Assembly (NCBI GenBank): GCA_963675525.2
Contig: CAXXSL010000011.1
Coordinates: forward strand, 320,001-384,000
Length of the DNA: 64,000 nucleotides
Reading direction: 5' to 3'
Source: Anaerohalosphaeraceae bacterium
Lineage (GTDB): Bacteria > Planctomycetota > Phycisphaerae > Sedimentisphaerales > Anaerohalosphaeraceae
A program made the position numbers and the translations under genes. The notes beneath the pieces were generated by a model. The model had not been told where the DNA came from. It made no database searches and saw nothing but the letters and a program-made list of their open reading frames with translations. This document shows positions 38,996 through 49,168 of this stretch, in pieces (the first letter of the stretch is position 1; each line of letters begins with the position of its first letter).

Positions 38996-40765
38996 TTAAA
39001 ATTTACCGATGTTCGCCACGGCAGTCAGGGGTTCATCCATCCCTTGATCGGGATATTTCTTTTTTCGAGCCGCAGCGACCAATCCCACAAACATCGGCGA
39101 CGGACGCATGGGTCGGCTCGTCAGTTCCGGATGTGACTGTGTTCCCATAAAGAACGGATGTTGCGGCAGTTCCAATATCTGCATGATCGGCTGATTGGGC
39201 GCCTTGCCCGAAAAAACCAACCCGTTCTGCTCGATTTGCTCGATATACTCAGGGTCAACTTCATAACGATGGCGGAATCGTAAACGCACGCTGCCGGTTT
39301 TGCCGAGAAACTTCCATGCCAGCGTCTCTTTCTTGATTTCCACATCCCGTCCGCCAAGCCGCATATTGCCACCCAGTCCTTCTATCTTTTTCTGTTCCGG
39401 CAGAATACTGATTACAGGAGATTCGCAATCCTGATCGATCTCCGTGGAATTGGCTTTTTGAATACCGCACACATTCCGCGCAAACTCGATTACCGCCGCC
39501 TGAAATCCAAGACACAGCCCCAGGTACGGCATATTGTTTTCACGGGCATACCGAACACACGCAATTTTCCCTTCCCAACCCCGTGTACCGAAACCACCCG
39601 GCACAATAATCCCATCCACATCCTTCAAATGCTCCGCGGCATTGCCATCCGTTACATTTGTCGTATCAATCCACTCCACCCTCACCTTCGAAGCCAAATG
39701 AATCCCCGCATGTTCCAACGCATTCAAAATCGATGCATAGCTGTCCCGAACGGACGTATATTTACCCGTAATCCCGATACAAACCTCATGCGTCTCTTTG
39801 TTAATTTTGTCCGTAAAATCACACCACCGGCTCCACTCCTTGCGTTCATGGCGAAGCTTGGTGCGGTCTTCAATTTTCAGCATCCGCAAGACTTCAAAAT
39901 CCAGTCCACCCTCTCGCAGCATCGCCGGGATTGAATAGATACTCGCCGAATCGTGCATACTGAAAACCCGCTCGAACGGTACATTGCCGAACACGCTCAT
40001 TTTCTGCCGGGCCTGCTCTGTCACAGGATGCTCACAGCGACAGGCAATAATATCCGGCTGGATCCCCAACTGCAAAAGCTGCTTAATCCCCAATTGTGCT
40101 GCCTTGGACTTCTGCTCGCCCAGCGTCTTCGGCTCCAGGATATACGTCAATGCCACAAAACAGCAGCTTCCCGGCCCTTCTTCATAAGCCAATTCGCGAA
40201 TCGCCTCGATATAAAAGGCATTCTCCAAATCCCCCACGGTGCCGCCGATCTCCACAAATACAACATCCGCTTCCGATGACACCGCCAACTCGCGAAGCCG
40301 CATCTTCACTTCACCCGTCACATGCGGAATCATCTGTACATCTCTGCCCAGATAATCGCCGTGCCGTTCCTTCTCCAGGACGGAACTGTAGATCTGCCCG
40401 CTGGTCGAAAAATTCAACCGGCTCAGATTCTGGTCCAGCATGCGCTCATAGGTTCCCAGGTCCATATCCGTTTCCATCCCGTCATCCAGCACAAACACTT
40501 CGCCGTGACGGAACGGGTTCAGCGTCCCGGAATCAATATTCAGATACCCTTCCAGCTTGATCGGAGCGACCTTCAATCCCTTATCCTGCAGCAGTTTGGC
40601 CAGGCACGAAGAGAATATTCCTTTACCCAATCCGCTCATCACGGTACCCATCACGATGACATACTTGGTCTTGCCTTTTTGGTATCCTTTGGGAAAAGGC
40701 AAAAAGTATTCATTATCCGATGAACTGCCGCTGATTTTCGCTAATAGATCTTTACTATCTGACAT
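38996..40765 (-). CDS. pyrG: CTP synthase
   Basis: SGLGKG, HGEVFV, EIGGTVGD, PGGFG, GLCLG, RHRYE, QSHPE; about 30-aa N-terminal extension. Confidence 0.96.
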   Translation of the reverse strand: MSDSKDLLAKISGSSSDNEYFLPFPKGYQKGKTKYVIVMGTVMSGLGKGIFSSCLAKLLQDKGLKVAPIKLEGYLNIDSGTLNPFRHGEVFVLDDGMETDMDLGTYERMLDQNLSRLNFSTSGQIYSSVLEKERHGDYLGRDVQMIPHVTGEVKMRLRELAVSSEADVVFVEIGGTVGDLENAFYIEAIRELAYEEGPGSCCFVALTYILEPKTLGEQKSKAAQLGIKQLLQLGIQPDIIACRCEHPVTEQARQKMSVFGNVPFERVFSMHDSASIYSIPAMLREGGLDFEVLRMLKIEDRTKLRHERKEWSRWCDFTDKINKETHEVCIGITGKYTSVRDSYASILNALEHAGIHLASKVRVEWIDTTNVTDGNAAEHLKDVDGIIVPGGFGTRGWEGKIACVRYARENNMPYLGLCLGFQAAVIEFARNVCGIQKANSTEIDQDCESPVISILPEQKKIEGLGGNMRLGGRDVEIKKETLAWKFLGKTGSVRLRFRHRYEVDPEYIEQIEQNGLVFSGKAPNQPIMQILELPQHPFFMGTQSHPELTSRPMRPSPMFVGLVAAARKKKYPDQGMDEPLTAVANIGKF

Positions 40766-40791
40766 TATATCTTCCGTGCTCTAACAGTCTG

Positions 40792-41535
40792 TTAATTTTT
40801 CTTTTGGATCATTCGCTCTACAAACGCCTGATATTGCTCTTTGGTATCCACCCCGTCCCAGGCCTTTGGGACGGTCGCGGTCAAAATCGTGTTGCCATTT
40901 TCTATTGCGCGAAGCTGCTCCAGTTTTTCCCGCTGTTCGAGAAAACCCGGGGCCATCGCTGTATAGGCCATCAAAAAATCTTTTCGATAGGCATAAATTC
41001 CCAGGTGACGCTTGTAATCGCTGACCGACCCCACACCACCGGCCTGGCGGTCATAGGGTATCACAGACCGGGAGAAGTAGATCGCCCTGTCCGCAGTATC
41101 GGTGATGCACTTAACGATATTCGGATTAGCAACATCCGCTGGATTTTCAAACGGTGCCAGAAGTGTGGCCATCTGAGCCTTTGGATTTGCGATCAGAAGG
41201 CTTGCGACCTGGTCGATATAATCCGGATCGATATCCGGCTCATCGGCCTGCAGATTGACAATAATGTCAACATTATCCTCTGCGACCGCTTCGGCGATCC
41301 GGTCGGTCCCGCTCTGATGTTCGACAGAGGTCATCACACAGGCCGCCCCAAACTCCCGGCAGGCACGCTGTACTCGCTCGTCATCGGTGGCGATCAGAGC
41401 CTCATCAACACTTTTAGCGCATAAAGCACGCTCATAGGTGTGCTGAACGAGGTATTTGCCCGTTTCTTTGGCGAGAACTTTCCCTTCAAATCGGCTTGAG
41501 CCGTAGCGGGCGGGTATGACAACAACAATTTTCAC
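40792..41535 (-). CDS. kdsB: CMP-KDO synthetase
   Basis: IPARYGSSRF, SGTDRIAE, NLQADEP, YFSR, HLGIYAY, EKLEQLR. GTG start at 41535. Confidence 0.93.
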   Translation of the reverse strand: MKIVVVIPARYGSSRFEGKVLAKETGKYLVQHTYERALCAKSVDEALIATDDERVQRACREFGAACVMTSVEHQSGTDRIAEAVAEDNVDIIVNLQADEPDIDPDYIDQVASLLIANPKAQMATLLAPFENPADVANPNIVKCITDTADRAIYFSRSVIPYDRQAGGVGSVSDYKRHLGIYAYRKDFLMAYTAMAPGFLEQREKLEQLRAIENGNTILTATVPKAWDGVDTKEQYQAFVERMIQKKN

Positions 41536-41594
41536 AATCCATGTTCCTTGCAGCGATCCAAAACGTAAATTTAGCACCAAACCACTGCCCGAAT

Positions 41595-41623
41595 ATATTA
41601 GGAGAAATCACCCCTCCTGTCAA
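41595..41623 (-). promoter_or_regulatory. Sigma70 promoter of kdsB-pyrG
   Basis: TTGACA-N17-TAATAT on the minus strand. Confidence 0.55.
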
Positions 41624-41672
41624 CCAATCATCGTGAAAATTATTCGTATTCATAAAAACAGGATTGGCGCAT

Positions 41673-41704
41673 AAAAAACGGGCCACGATCGCTCGCGACC
41701 CGTT
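41673..41704 (-). terminator. Terminator after the PEP-CTERM genes
   Basis: AACGGGTCGCGA-GCGA-TCGTGGCCCGTT followed by TTTT. Confidence 0.75.
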
Positions 41705-41736
41705 GAAAACTATATATGTAATAGAGGAGAGAGATA

Positions 41737-42420
41737 TTAGGCTCGGCGTCTCCGAAGCAACAATCCGCCTAATCCCAGCAATGCCAATGTCGCTGGTTCG
41801 GGTATTACGGTTTCATCCGCATACAGCCACATCGTTGTGACGAGAGAACTGTACGACTGATCCAAATAACTGTCAAAACTTGCATCGCCTGTGACTTGTG
41901 ATTTCAGCCGGGCATCCCCATTTGAATCGGTCCAGGAATAATCCCCCAAGGAACCAAGGAGATCGCCGTCTACATGCACAACTCCTGATCCAAACAAGAT
42001 GCCGGTATCAAATACCATTGGACCAACAGTATAAAATTGCTCTTCCTCGACATAATATTCGCCGGCCGCTTGACTACCCCAAATCACCGGAATGCTCAGA
42101 ACCGTTACACTCCAGTCAATCGCGGCAAAAGAACCTTTGGCCACTCCATTTGCAGAGTCATCGTCCAAAATAGTGAATGTTGCATTAATGCCAATCCCCT
42201 GATTGAAGGTCGCAACCGGGGCTCCGCTGCCATTCGTGCTTGAATATAATGAAACACTAGCGCCGCCGCTCCAGGTTAACGTCGATGTGGTATGGTCATA
42301 CACGGCCGATAATCCATCGCCCTGAAGTATATCGACACCCACACTCTGCACACTTAGCGCACCAAAACTCGGAATCGCACATAAAAGCAGAATAACTACA
42401 CCTACACTTACCTTTCTCAT
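41737..42420 (-). CDS. PEP-CTERM surface protein
   Basis: Signal peptide; C-terminal IPEPATLALLGLGGLLLRRRRA. Confidence 0.9.
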   Translation of the reverse strand: MRKVSVGVVILLLCAIPSFGALSVQSVGVDILQGDGLSAVYDHTTSTLTWSGGASVSLYSSTNGSGAPVATFNQGIGINATFTILDDDSANGVAKGSFAAIDWSVTVLSIPVIWGSQAAGEYYVEEEQFYTVGPMVFDTGILFGSGVVHVDGDLLGSLGDYSWTDSNGDARLKSQVTGDASFDSYLDQSYSSLVTTMWLYADETVIPEPATLALLGLGGLLLRRRRA

Positions 42421-42502
42421 CTTTCACTCTCCTCATCCAATAGACTTATGCTTTATTTATTACCCTCCTCCGGGTAAACATAATATTCATCTTTTTAAAT
42501 TT

Positions 42503-43216
42503 TTATTTCTTTCGTATAAAAAAACCACCCAAGCCCAGCAACAGAAGTGTCGCCGGTTCCGGAATCCCATCGGGGATCATCTCCAGCGAAGGCGTTCCAC
42601 TGTAAATATCCTGATTGAATCCGGATATATTATACGGTGAACATGTATTAAAATCCCATACCGCCCGAAAATCGAGCATTCTTAAAAGGGAGCCATTGAC
42701 CAACTCGCCGCCTGTGATCTCATAATGTGTATCCCCAAGGAAATGATCTTCATAAGCACCGGTTTCCGTGACCAGCCACATATTATCGTCATCATTCATC
42801 GCAGCAGTTAACAGTACAACACCCCCGGGATTCGTTGTTGGATTAATGATTTCAGTGGAAGTTGCGTTTTCTGTCAGCGTGGTGGCAATAATGGTCATTG
42901 TAGCTGATGAATTCGTAAAGATGGCCTGAGCCTGTGCCCCCGATGGATTCTTATAGATCAGATCGCTCTCGGTTACGACAATCGTCCCGGTAAAGGAGTA
43001 ATCCCAACCGCCTCCGGCGACATGGAAACTGCCGATATCAACTGTCACTTCACTTCCACCGGTTGTATTCGACAAACCAAACTGCTGAGAAGCATTGTCA
43101 AAGAAATAACATTCCCCTACATCCAAATCGACGGAATCAACGTATAATAATGCAAAAGAGGGAAGTGTAACTATAGACATGCATACTAAAACAAACAAAA
43201 ATACATTTCTTTTCAT
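42503..43216 (-). CDS. PEP-CTERM surface protein
   Basis: Signal peptide; C-terminal IPEPATLLLLGLGGFFIRKK. Confidence 0.9.
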   Translation of the reverse strand: MKRNVFLFVLVCMSIVTLPSFALLYVDSVDLDVGECYFFDNASQQFGLSNTTGGSEVTVDIGSFHVAGGGWDYSFTGTIVVTESDLIYKNPSGAQAQAIFTNSSATMTIIATTLTENATSTEIINPTTNPGGVVLLTAAMNDDDNMWLVTETGAYEDHFLGDTHYEITGGELVNGSLLRMLDFRAVWDFNTCSPYNISGFNQDIYSGTPSLEMIPDGIPEPATLLLLGLGGFFIRKK

Positions 43217-43383
43217 CTTTCCATCCTCCAGTCATTAAATTGCCTCATTTTGGCAAAACTATCTGTTCTCCAACAGACGATATCTTTCCACAGTCTCAAT
43301 TATAGCTAAAGTCAAATCTTACACAAGGGAAAAAACCTTTTTTTTATTATTTTTTAAAAATACCGTATTTACCACGGTTTTTT

Positions 43384-45252
43384 TTAGTACGAATACAATA
43401 TATTTCTCAAAACAACGATATCACGGATATTGTTACATCCATCCTGATTCAGATCGCAAAGGTCGTAATATCGTTCCCTTTTTTCGGGAATAGAATCGTA
43501 TAAACCCGGGTTTCCTCCCGAAAGATTAAGGTTTCGTAAAGATACCATGTCGCGAATATTAACCACGCCATCCCTGTTCACATCTCCGGTAATCGGTTCC
43601 CAAACCTGGTCTTCTCCCGGCCCGTAACAAATCCGCATTAACGGATCCCCAATCGCCACCTCCGACCAGCTTAGATATGGAATTGCCGAATATGCCGCTT
43701 CCACAAAAGTCAGGTCTGCGATGTTATCCTGATCCCGGTCGGCTAATAAATTATAAAACAGGAATCCATTATCGATGGCCGCATCGGCTTGAGGTTCAAA
43801 TGCATGTCCAATCGCTCCGCTGCCGCCAATTTCTATAAAATCTACGATTTTCGCCTGGGAGGTCGTCTGGTCAGAAAACATCGTCACCGCATTAAAACTT
43901 TCCAGAGATGTAAACACCGCTCCATTTACTAATGTAAAGGGAGGTCCCCCCTCCACACCTCCGACAAACAAATAATCTTTATTCCGCCCTTCATCACCAT
44001 TGGTTCCAAAACAGGAATATACAATCACCCCCTGTGGTTCTACCCGATTCGGAAAATAGGGATAGAGTGAATTTAAATCAGATTGGTTCGACGAAACATA
44101 ATTCCGATAGTCCAGTATAACCGGCAATTGATGCATATCCGGCGAAAACCCCATGTACAATGAGCTCTCTTCGTAGTATTCAATCGCCAAATTGTTAAAC
44201 GCTTCCACATAATCATCTTTTACACAATTTCCGTAGGCATCCGGCGGGGATGGCTGGCCCCCGACGTATTCCCAAAAAACGGCGGTGGAATTATTTAAAT
44301 TAAAAACACGGTTGTAATCAAAGTTTCCGGAAGGTGCAAGAGGCGCATCATCCAGCATAGCAGCCGCCTGATTCGGATTGACTCCAAGAGTCGGAACACT
44401 TGCCCGGGACGATCTTTCCAGGATTTCCCGCACAGCGAATATTGCGCTTTTGCCTTGCTGTTTGGGTCCATCCAGACGGCATACCAGATACATATGTCCC
44501 GGCCCAAATTTACGGTTGATGGTTCCATATCCATAAGGGGTACCTTCCATATATGGAGGGGCAACGCCGGGTTTCAGGGACAGAGCGTAACACCAGTTCA
44601 TAGCATCGCCGCTCGGTAGGTCTCTGGCGAAAAGGTCAAATTGGCTTCGACAGCCTTGATAAGGATTGACAATCCGGTTTTGCAGCCCTGCCGGATTCGA
44701 ACCGTAGTCACTATACCACAAGCAGGTCAACTCCGATTCGACCGAAGCAGCATCCACCTGTTCTTCTGCATTCATCACAATCGTCCAATCGGATCCTCCG
44801 GGATAGACGACATTGGCAAAACCAGATTTGGTATCTTCGATGCGATACGGCACACCGGCGGTCGTTACAATCACCATGACCTGATCAAGCAGTTCATGGT
44901 CAAGCAAGTGCTGACGGACAGGCTCGGCAATGCAGCTATTATACACATCCCGCGTGATGATTTCGTTTGCGGCCGTGCTGGTCGGTCCACTGCAGTCGGC
45001 CAGACCGCTCAACTGAAGCACTTGATTATCCTGAATCGACGGATAATACTCACGATACATTTTTACAACATATTGACTGGTCGCACTGTTCTGATTAACA
45101 AGAATCAGCACATTTTCCGGACCAAGATCTGCAGAAACAATCGATATGAAGACAAAAAAGAGTAGAAAAACATACAGCGGAAATGGGCACACACCTCGAA
45201 CACAGCTCCCCCCGAAGCCAATCTCTCTCCGGTTCCTCATATTATAGACCAC
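43384..45252 (-). CDS. TIGR03790-like secreted protein with C-terminal dockerin
   Basis: PENVLILVN.NS..S....Y, ASVESEL, LVCRLDG, GHAFEP, LSW...IGDPL. Duplicated Ca-loops GDVNRDGVVNIRD and DLNQDGCNNIRD. Confidence 0.72.
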   Translation of the reverse strand: MVYNMRNRREIGFGGSCVRGVCPFPLYVFLLFFVFISIVSADLGPENVLILVNQNSATSQYVVKMYREYYPSIQDNQVLQLSGLADCSGPTSTAANEIITRDVYNSCIAEPVRQHLLDHELLDQVMVIVTTAGVPYRIEDTKSGFANVVYPGGSDWTIVMNAEEQVDAASVESELTCLWYSDYGSNPAGLQNRIVNPYQGCRSQFDLFARDLPSGDAMNWCYALSLKPGVAPPYMEGTPYGYGTINRKFGPGHMYLVCRLDGPKQQGKSAIFAVREILERSSRASVPTLGVNPNQAAAMLDDAPLAPSGNFDYNRVFNLNNSTAVFWEYVGGQPSPPDAYGNCVKDDYVEAFNNLAIEYYEESSLYMGFSPDMHQLPVILDYRNYVSSNQSDLNSLYPYFPNRVEPQGVIVYSCFGTNGDEGRNKDYLFVGGVEGGPPFTLVNGAVFTSLESFNAVTMFSDQTTSQAKIVDFIEIGGSGAIGHAFEPQADAAIDNGFLFYNLLADRDQDNIADLTFVEAAYSAIPYLSWSEVAIGDPLMRICYGPGEDQVWEPITGDVNRDGVVNIRDMVSLRNLNLSGGNPGLYDSIPEKRERYYDLCDLNQDGCNNIRDIVVLRNILYSY

Positions 45253-45368
45253 CCTCTCCTCTTATCCTTCCTCAACCTCACCCACCAACCGATGTAAACC
45301 TCCAGATTACACCGCCACGTCAATCATAAACAGAGATTTAACAACGAAAGGGACACCGCCAACTTATA

Positions 45369-45968
45369 TTACCCTCTTTTACGGCGGAAATACCCCATTG
45401 CAGTTAAACCTGATAAAATCAATATACTTGTCGGTTCCGGCAGAACGCTGATCTGTCCGACAGAATTGACCTCGTCAAAAACAACGTTACCAAAACTGGC
45501 ATCATACATTACCGAAAAATCATTCAAATCACCCAGGATATTCGTTAAAGAATATTGAACCGCTCCAGGTGCAATGGCTTGGATTTGGAAATTAAATAAT
45601 TCTGAATAGCCCACTCCGGCGTTTGATACAGACACAGCACCAGATATCAACCCGGACGCATCAATATTCCCATTCGATCCAAGGTTCATCGAATAACCTG
45701 AATTGCCAACATCAAGAGGCGTCGGCTCTAAAATAACTGCACCATTAACCTGAACGATCCCGTCTACATCCACAACAGCGCTGACTGACCAATCATAAAG
45801 ACCGTTATCTGCGACGGCCTCTTCGGCGTATCCATACACACGCAGTGTCGTCGGTTGACCGATAGTCAGATCGGTATCATCAGCAGTGATTCTCACGATT
45901 AGATTAGCATTTGAAAGTGAACACAGAAGGAATACAGAAAGGATACAAAAAAGCGCTTTTTTCTTCAT
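45369..45968 (-). CDS. PEP-CTERM protein with cohesin-like beta-sandwich domain
   Basis: AAGGAG RBS; signal peptide MKKKALF...; L.IGQ.TTLRV...GL...LFNFQIQAIAPG pattern; C-terminal LPEPTSILILSGL...FRRKRG. The cohesin call is tentative. Confidence 0.7.
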   Translation of the reverse strand: MKKKALFCILSVFLLCSLSNANLIVRITADDTDLTIGQPTTLRVYGYAEEAVADNGLYDWSVSAVVDVDGIVQVNGAVILEPTPLDVGNSGYSMNLGSNGNIDASGLISGAVSVSNAGVGYSELFNFQIQAIAPGAVQYSLTNILGDLNDFSVMYDASFGNVVFDEVNSVGQISVLPEPTSILILSGLTAMGYFRRKRG

Positions 45969-46304
45969 CACCACATTCTCCTTATAGACAATATTCATAT
46001 ACTGAACAATACCTCTTACACTGTCTCTTTCCTCCTGCATGACTGCATAAACAGTATCGCACTCATATATGTGTATGATAATAACCACTTTTGAATAAAA
46101 AAGCAAGAAAAATCAAAAAAAAATATTTCGTTATGAAATTACGAAAAAGTTTATCTGTTTTATGTTGTTTTTGAGCTGATAATTAAGCTTTTTTTGACAC
46201 AAACAGGCTTTCAAAAGATAAAAATATAGGTTAAAATGTTTTTTATATAAATGTTTTTGAACAGAAATGGACTTATATTGTCTTTTTTCGGGGAAAATCA
46301 GCTT

Positions 46305-47441
46305 ATGGAACAGACCTACTCGCCTGATGTAAAAGTGTACCCTGCCGGAGAAGGCGCATTTCTCAGTATCGCCGATATGCTGGCTTATTTCGAGAAAATG
46401 GGGGCTATGCGTGTCTCCGACCTGCATATCAAGATCGGCACCCAGCCTGCCTACCGCATCGATGGTGAACTGGTCCGTCTCAAAGGCGGCGTGGTAACCC
46501 AGCCCATTGCCGAACAGCTCATCTATCCCCTGCTTGGCGAAAAGAATGTCGAGTACCTTAAGCGTGACCTTGCTGTGGACTGCTCACATAAATTCGGCAC
46601 ACTCCAATATCGTATTAATGCGTTCAAGGAAAATGACGGGCTGGCCTGTGCAATCCGGGCCCTTGGAACCGACATTCCCGAGCCGGAAAAAATCGGTTTT
46701 CCGAACGACGCATGGCAAGATATCGTCCGGCGTAAACATGGATTGATCCTTTTTACCGGTATCACGGGTGCAGGCAAAAGCACCACCATTGCTTCGCTGA
46801 TTCACCGCATTAATCAAAACCGCGCCTGCCGGGTCCTTACATTAGAGGATCCGATCGAATATATCTTTACGCAAAAAAACTCGATGATCTCTCAGCGCGA
46901 ACTGGGGCGGGATGTGGATACGTTTACGCACGGTCTTCGCTCGATGATGCGGGAGGACCCCGATATCATCTTCGTCGGTGAGATGCGGGACGCCGAAACA
47001 GTGGCGCTGACGCTGACCGCCGCCGAAACGGGCCACCTGGTCTTCTCGACCCTGCACACGCGCGACGTGACCGGAACGATCACGCGAATCCTTGACTTTT
47101 TCCCGCACCAGAAACAGGATGAAGTGCGTAACCAACTCTCGCTCGGGCTGGAATACATCATCTGTCAAAAACTGATCCCCAATCAGGAAGGCAACGGCCG
47201 GGTCGTTGCGATGGAGATCCTCAACAGCAACTATGCGATTGCCAACCTGATCCGAAAAGGGAAAATTGAGCAGATCTATTCGCAAATGCAGGTCAAAACC
47301 AAGGATCAGGCGGACGAACGAATGATCACGTTAGAACGTCACCTGGCTGTTTTGGTCAAACAAGGAAAAGTTGATGTCCTCGAAGCCGAGAAATGGGCCA
47401 ATGACATAAAAAGTTTTCAGGATGCCTTGAAAACCGCATGA
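46305..47441 (+). CDS. pilT: Type IV pilus retraction ATPase PilT/PilU family
   Basis: SDLHI, YRINAF, TGITGAGKSTT, TLEDPIE, REDPD..VGEMRD, AETGHLVFSTLHT, IANLIR. Confidence 0.88.
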   Translation: MEQTYSPDVKVYPAGEGAFLSIADMLAYFEKMGAMRVSDLHIKIGTQPAYRIDGELVRLKGGVVTQPIAEQLIYPLLGEKNVEYLKRDLAVDCSHKFGTLQYRINAFKENDGLACAIRALGTDIPEPEKIGFPNDAWQDIVRRKHGLILFTGITGAGKSTTIASLIHRINQNRACRVLTLEDPIEYIFTQKNSMISQRELGRDVDTFTHGLRSMMREDPDIIFVGEMRDAETVALTLTAAETGHLVFSTLHTRDVTGTITRILDFFPHQKQDEVRNQLSLGLEYIICQKLIPNQEGNGRVVAMEILNSNYAIANLIRKGKIEQIYSQMQVKTKDQADERMITLERHLAVLVKQGKVDVLEAEKWANDIKSFQDALKTA

Positions 47442-47469
47442 TTCTGCTGATCAAAGATTCACTTTTTTA

Positions 47470-49110
47470 TTACTGAGCAGAATCAGGGCTTTCCGGTTCG
47501 TTTTGCTCGTCCTTCTTTTTGATATTGACAGGCACGTCAAGAGTGAATGTCGACCCTTTGCCAAGTTTGCTTTCCAGTGAAATCGTGGCGGCTAACAGAT
47601 CGGCAAGCTGTTTGCAAATCGCCAATCCCAGCCCGGTTCCTTCTCCCCGGCGGGTAATCGAACCGTCCAACTGCCTGAATTTTTCGAAGATATGTAACTG
47701 CGATTCGGGTGAAATACCCGGACCGGTATCCGTCACCGAAATACGCACCGTCGTATCATCGCGCATCGATGCCTTCAACTGGATGCGTCCCCGCTCCGGT
47801 GTAAACTTGATTGCGTTACTCAACAGGTTATACAATATCTGCTGGAGCTTCTGAGCATCGGTCTGCACCAGCGGAAGATCGTCGGCGACATCCATACGGA
47901 CCTTGATCATTTTTTGCTCGGTCAGCGGCGAAAAGAACGCCGACAGCCCTTCCAGCACCTGCGGGATGCTTGTCTTATCGATGCGCAGCTCCATCTTACC
48001 GGCTTCGGCTTTGGCCAGGTCCAGCAGGTCGTTAATCATATTCAGCAAGCTGCGCCCCGATGCAACAATGTTCTCGGCCCAGCGTTTTGATTTTTCCACA
48101 TCGGCGGCAGGCTTTTCCCGCAAGAGTTCGGCAAATCCCAGGATGGCGTTCAACGGCGTACGGAATTCGTGCGACATATTGGCAAGAAATTCGCTTTTGA
48201 GTTTGTTGGCTTTATACAACTCGATATTCTTTTCGGAAAGCTGAGAAATCTTGGCGTCAAGCTGCTCGTTGGCGCCCTCCAGCTTATGCTGAGATTCCAT
48301 CAGGTTATCAAGCATGTGATTGAACGCTTCCGAGAGCCGCTCGTATTCATCGCCGGTCTGGATCGTACTGCGGATGTCATAGTTTCCCTCGGCAATATTA
48401 TTGACCTGCGAACGAAGTTGGCGAATCGGCCTGAGTATCACACGCTGAAAAATCGTATAGAACGCCACCATCGCCCCGGTTGCCGCCAGCAATCCGGCAA
48501 CCACCACCCACAAGCGGTTCATGAAACGCGCCCAGGCTAATCCCTCCGCAGACATCCCAACGACCAGAATCCCCACTTCCTGATTCTTATTGTAAACCGT
48601 CGCAGCCAATCCCTGTTCGGCATGACACTGCAGACAGCTTTCTTCCGCCCGCACCAGACGAATATAATGCCCCTTCCCATTTTCATGGTCGATCCACGCC
48701 TCGTCGTTGACATCGGCATCGGAGCGAATGATCTCAATTTTATTTTTCTGCGTTTCTGTCAGAGAATCGGGGAGATTTTCAGGACTCTTGTCGGTGAGGA
48801 ACCATGAAATAACCCGGTCCGATTCATTCGCCAGAATCCCCTTATCTGACAGTGGCGGCAATCCTTTATCATCCACCGTGTTCAGTTGGAAATGGGATTC
48901 ATATACGGCCTGTCCGACAGCCCTCCCGGAGTCCAGGGCTGTCTTTTCCGTCAGTTTATTCATCCAGAAATAAGGAATCAGCAATGCAAGAACGAGGCTG
49001 AACAGCACGGCGGCGCCAAACTGCAGACGGCATTTTTCCGCCAACGACAGCGATTTTCGACGGGTCGCCTGCCAAACATCTCTAATGATATGGACTAACG
49101 CCTGCGGCAT
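47470..49110 (-). CDS. Sensor histidine kinase with periplasmic CxxCH domain (DUF3365-like)
   Basis: Two TMs; CLQCH at 48622-48636; HAMP; SHEFRTPLNAI; NLLSNAIKF; DTGPGI; GTGLGL. Confidence 0.88.
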   Translation of the reverse strand: MPQALVHIIRDVWQATRRKSLSLAEKCRLQFGAAVLFSLVLALLIPYFWMNKLTEKTALDSGRAVGQAVYESHFQLNTVDDKGLPPLSDKGILANESDRVISWFLTDKSPENLPDSLTETQKNKIEIIRSDADVNDEAWIDHENGKGHYIRLVRAEESCLQCHAEQGLAATVYNKNQEVGILVVGMSAEGLAWARFMNRLWVVVAGLLAATGAMVAFYTIFQRVILRPIRQLRSQVNNIAEGNYDIRSTIQTGDEYERLSEAFNHMLDNLMESQHKLEGANEQLDAKISQLSEKNIELYKANKLKSEFLANMSHEFRTPLNAILGFAELLREKPAADVEKSKRWAENIVASGRSLLNMINDLLDLAKAEAGKMELRIDKTSIPQVLEGLSAFFSPLTEQKMIKVRMDVADDLPLVQTDAQKLQQILYNLLSNAIKFTPERGRIQLKASMRDDTTVRISVTDTGPGISPESQLHIFEKFRQLDGSITRRGEGTGLGLAICKQLADLLAATISLESKLGKGSTFTLDVPVNIKKKDEQNEPESPDSAQ

Positions 49111-49168
49111 TTTTATCCCTTGTTCTGAAAGACTCGCCTCCTGCGGTCCCGATACAGGTTATCCGCTG

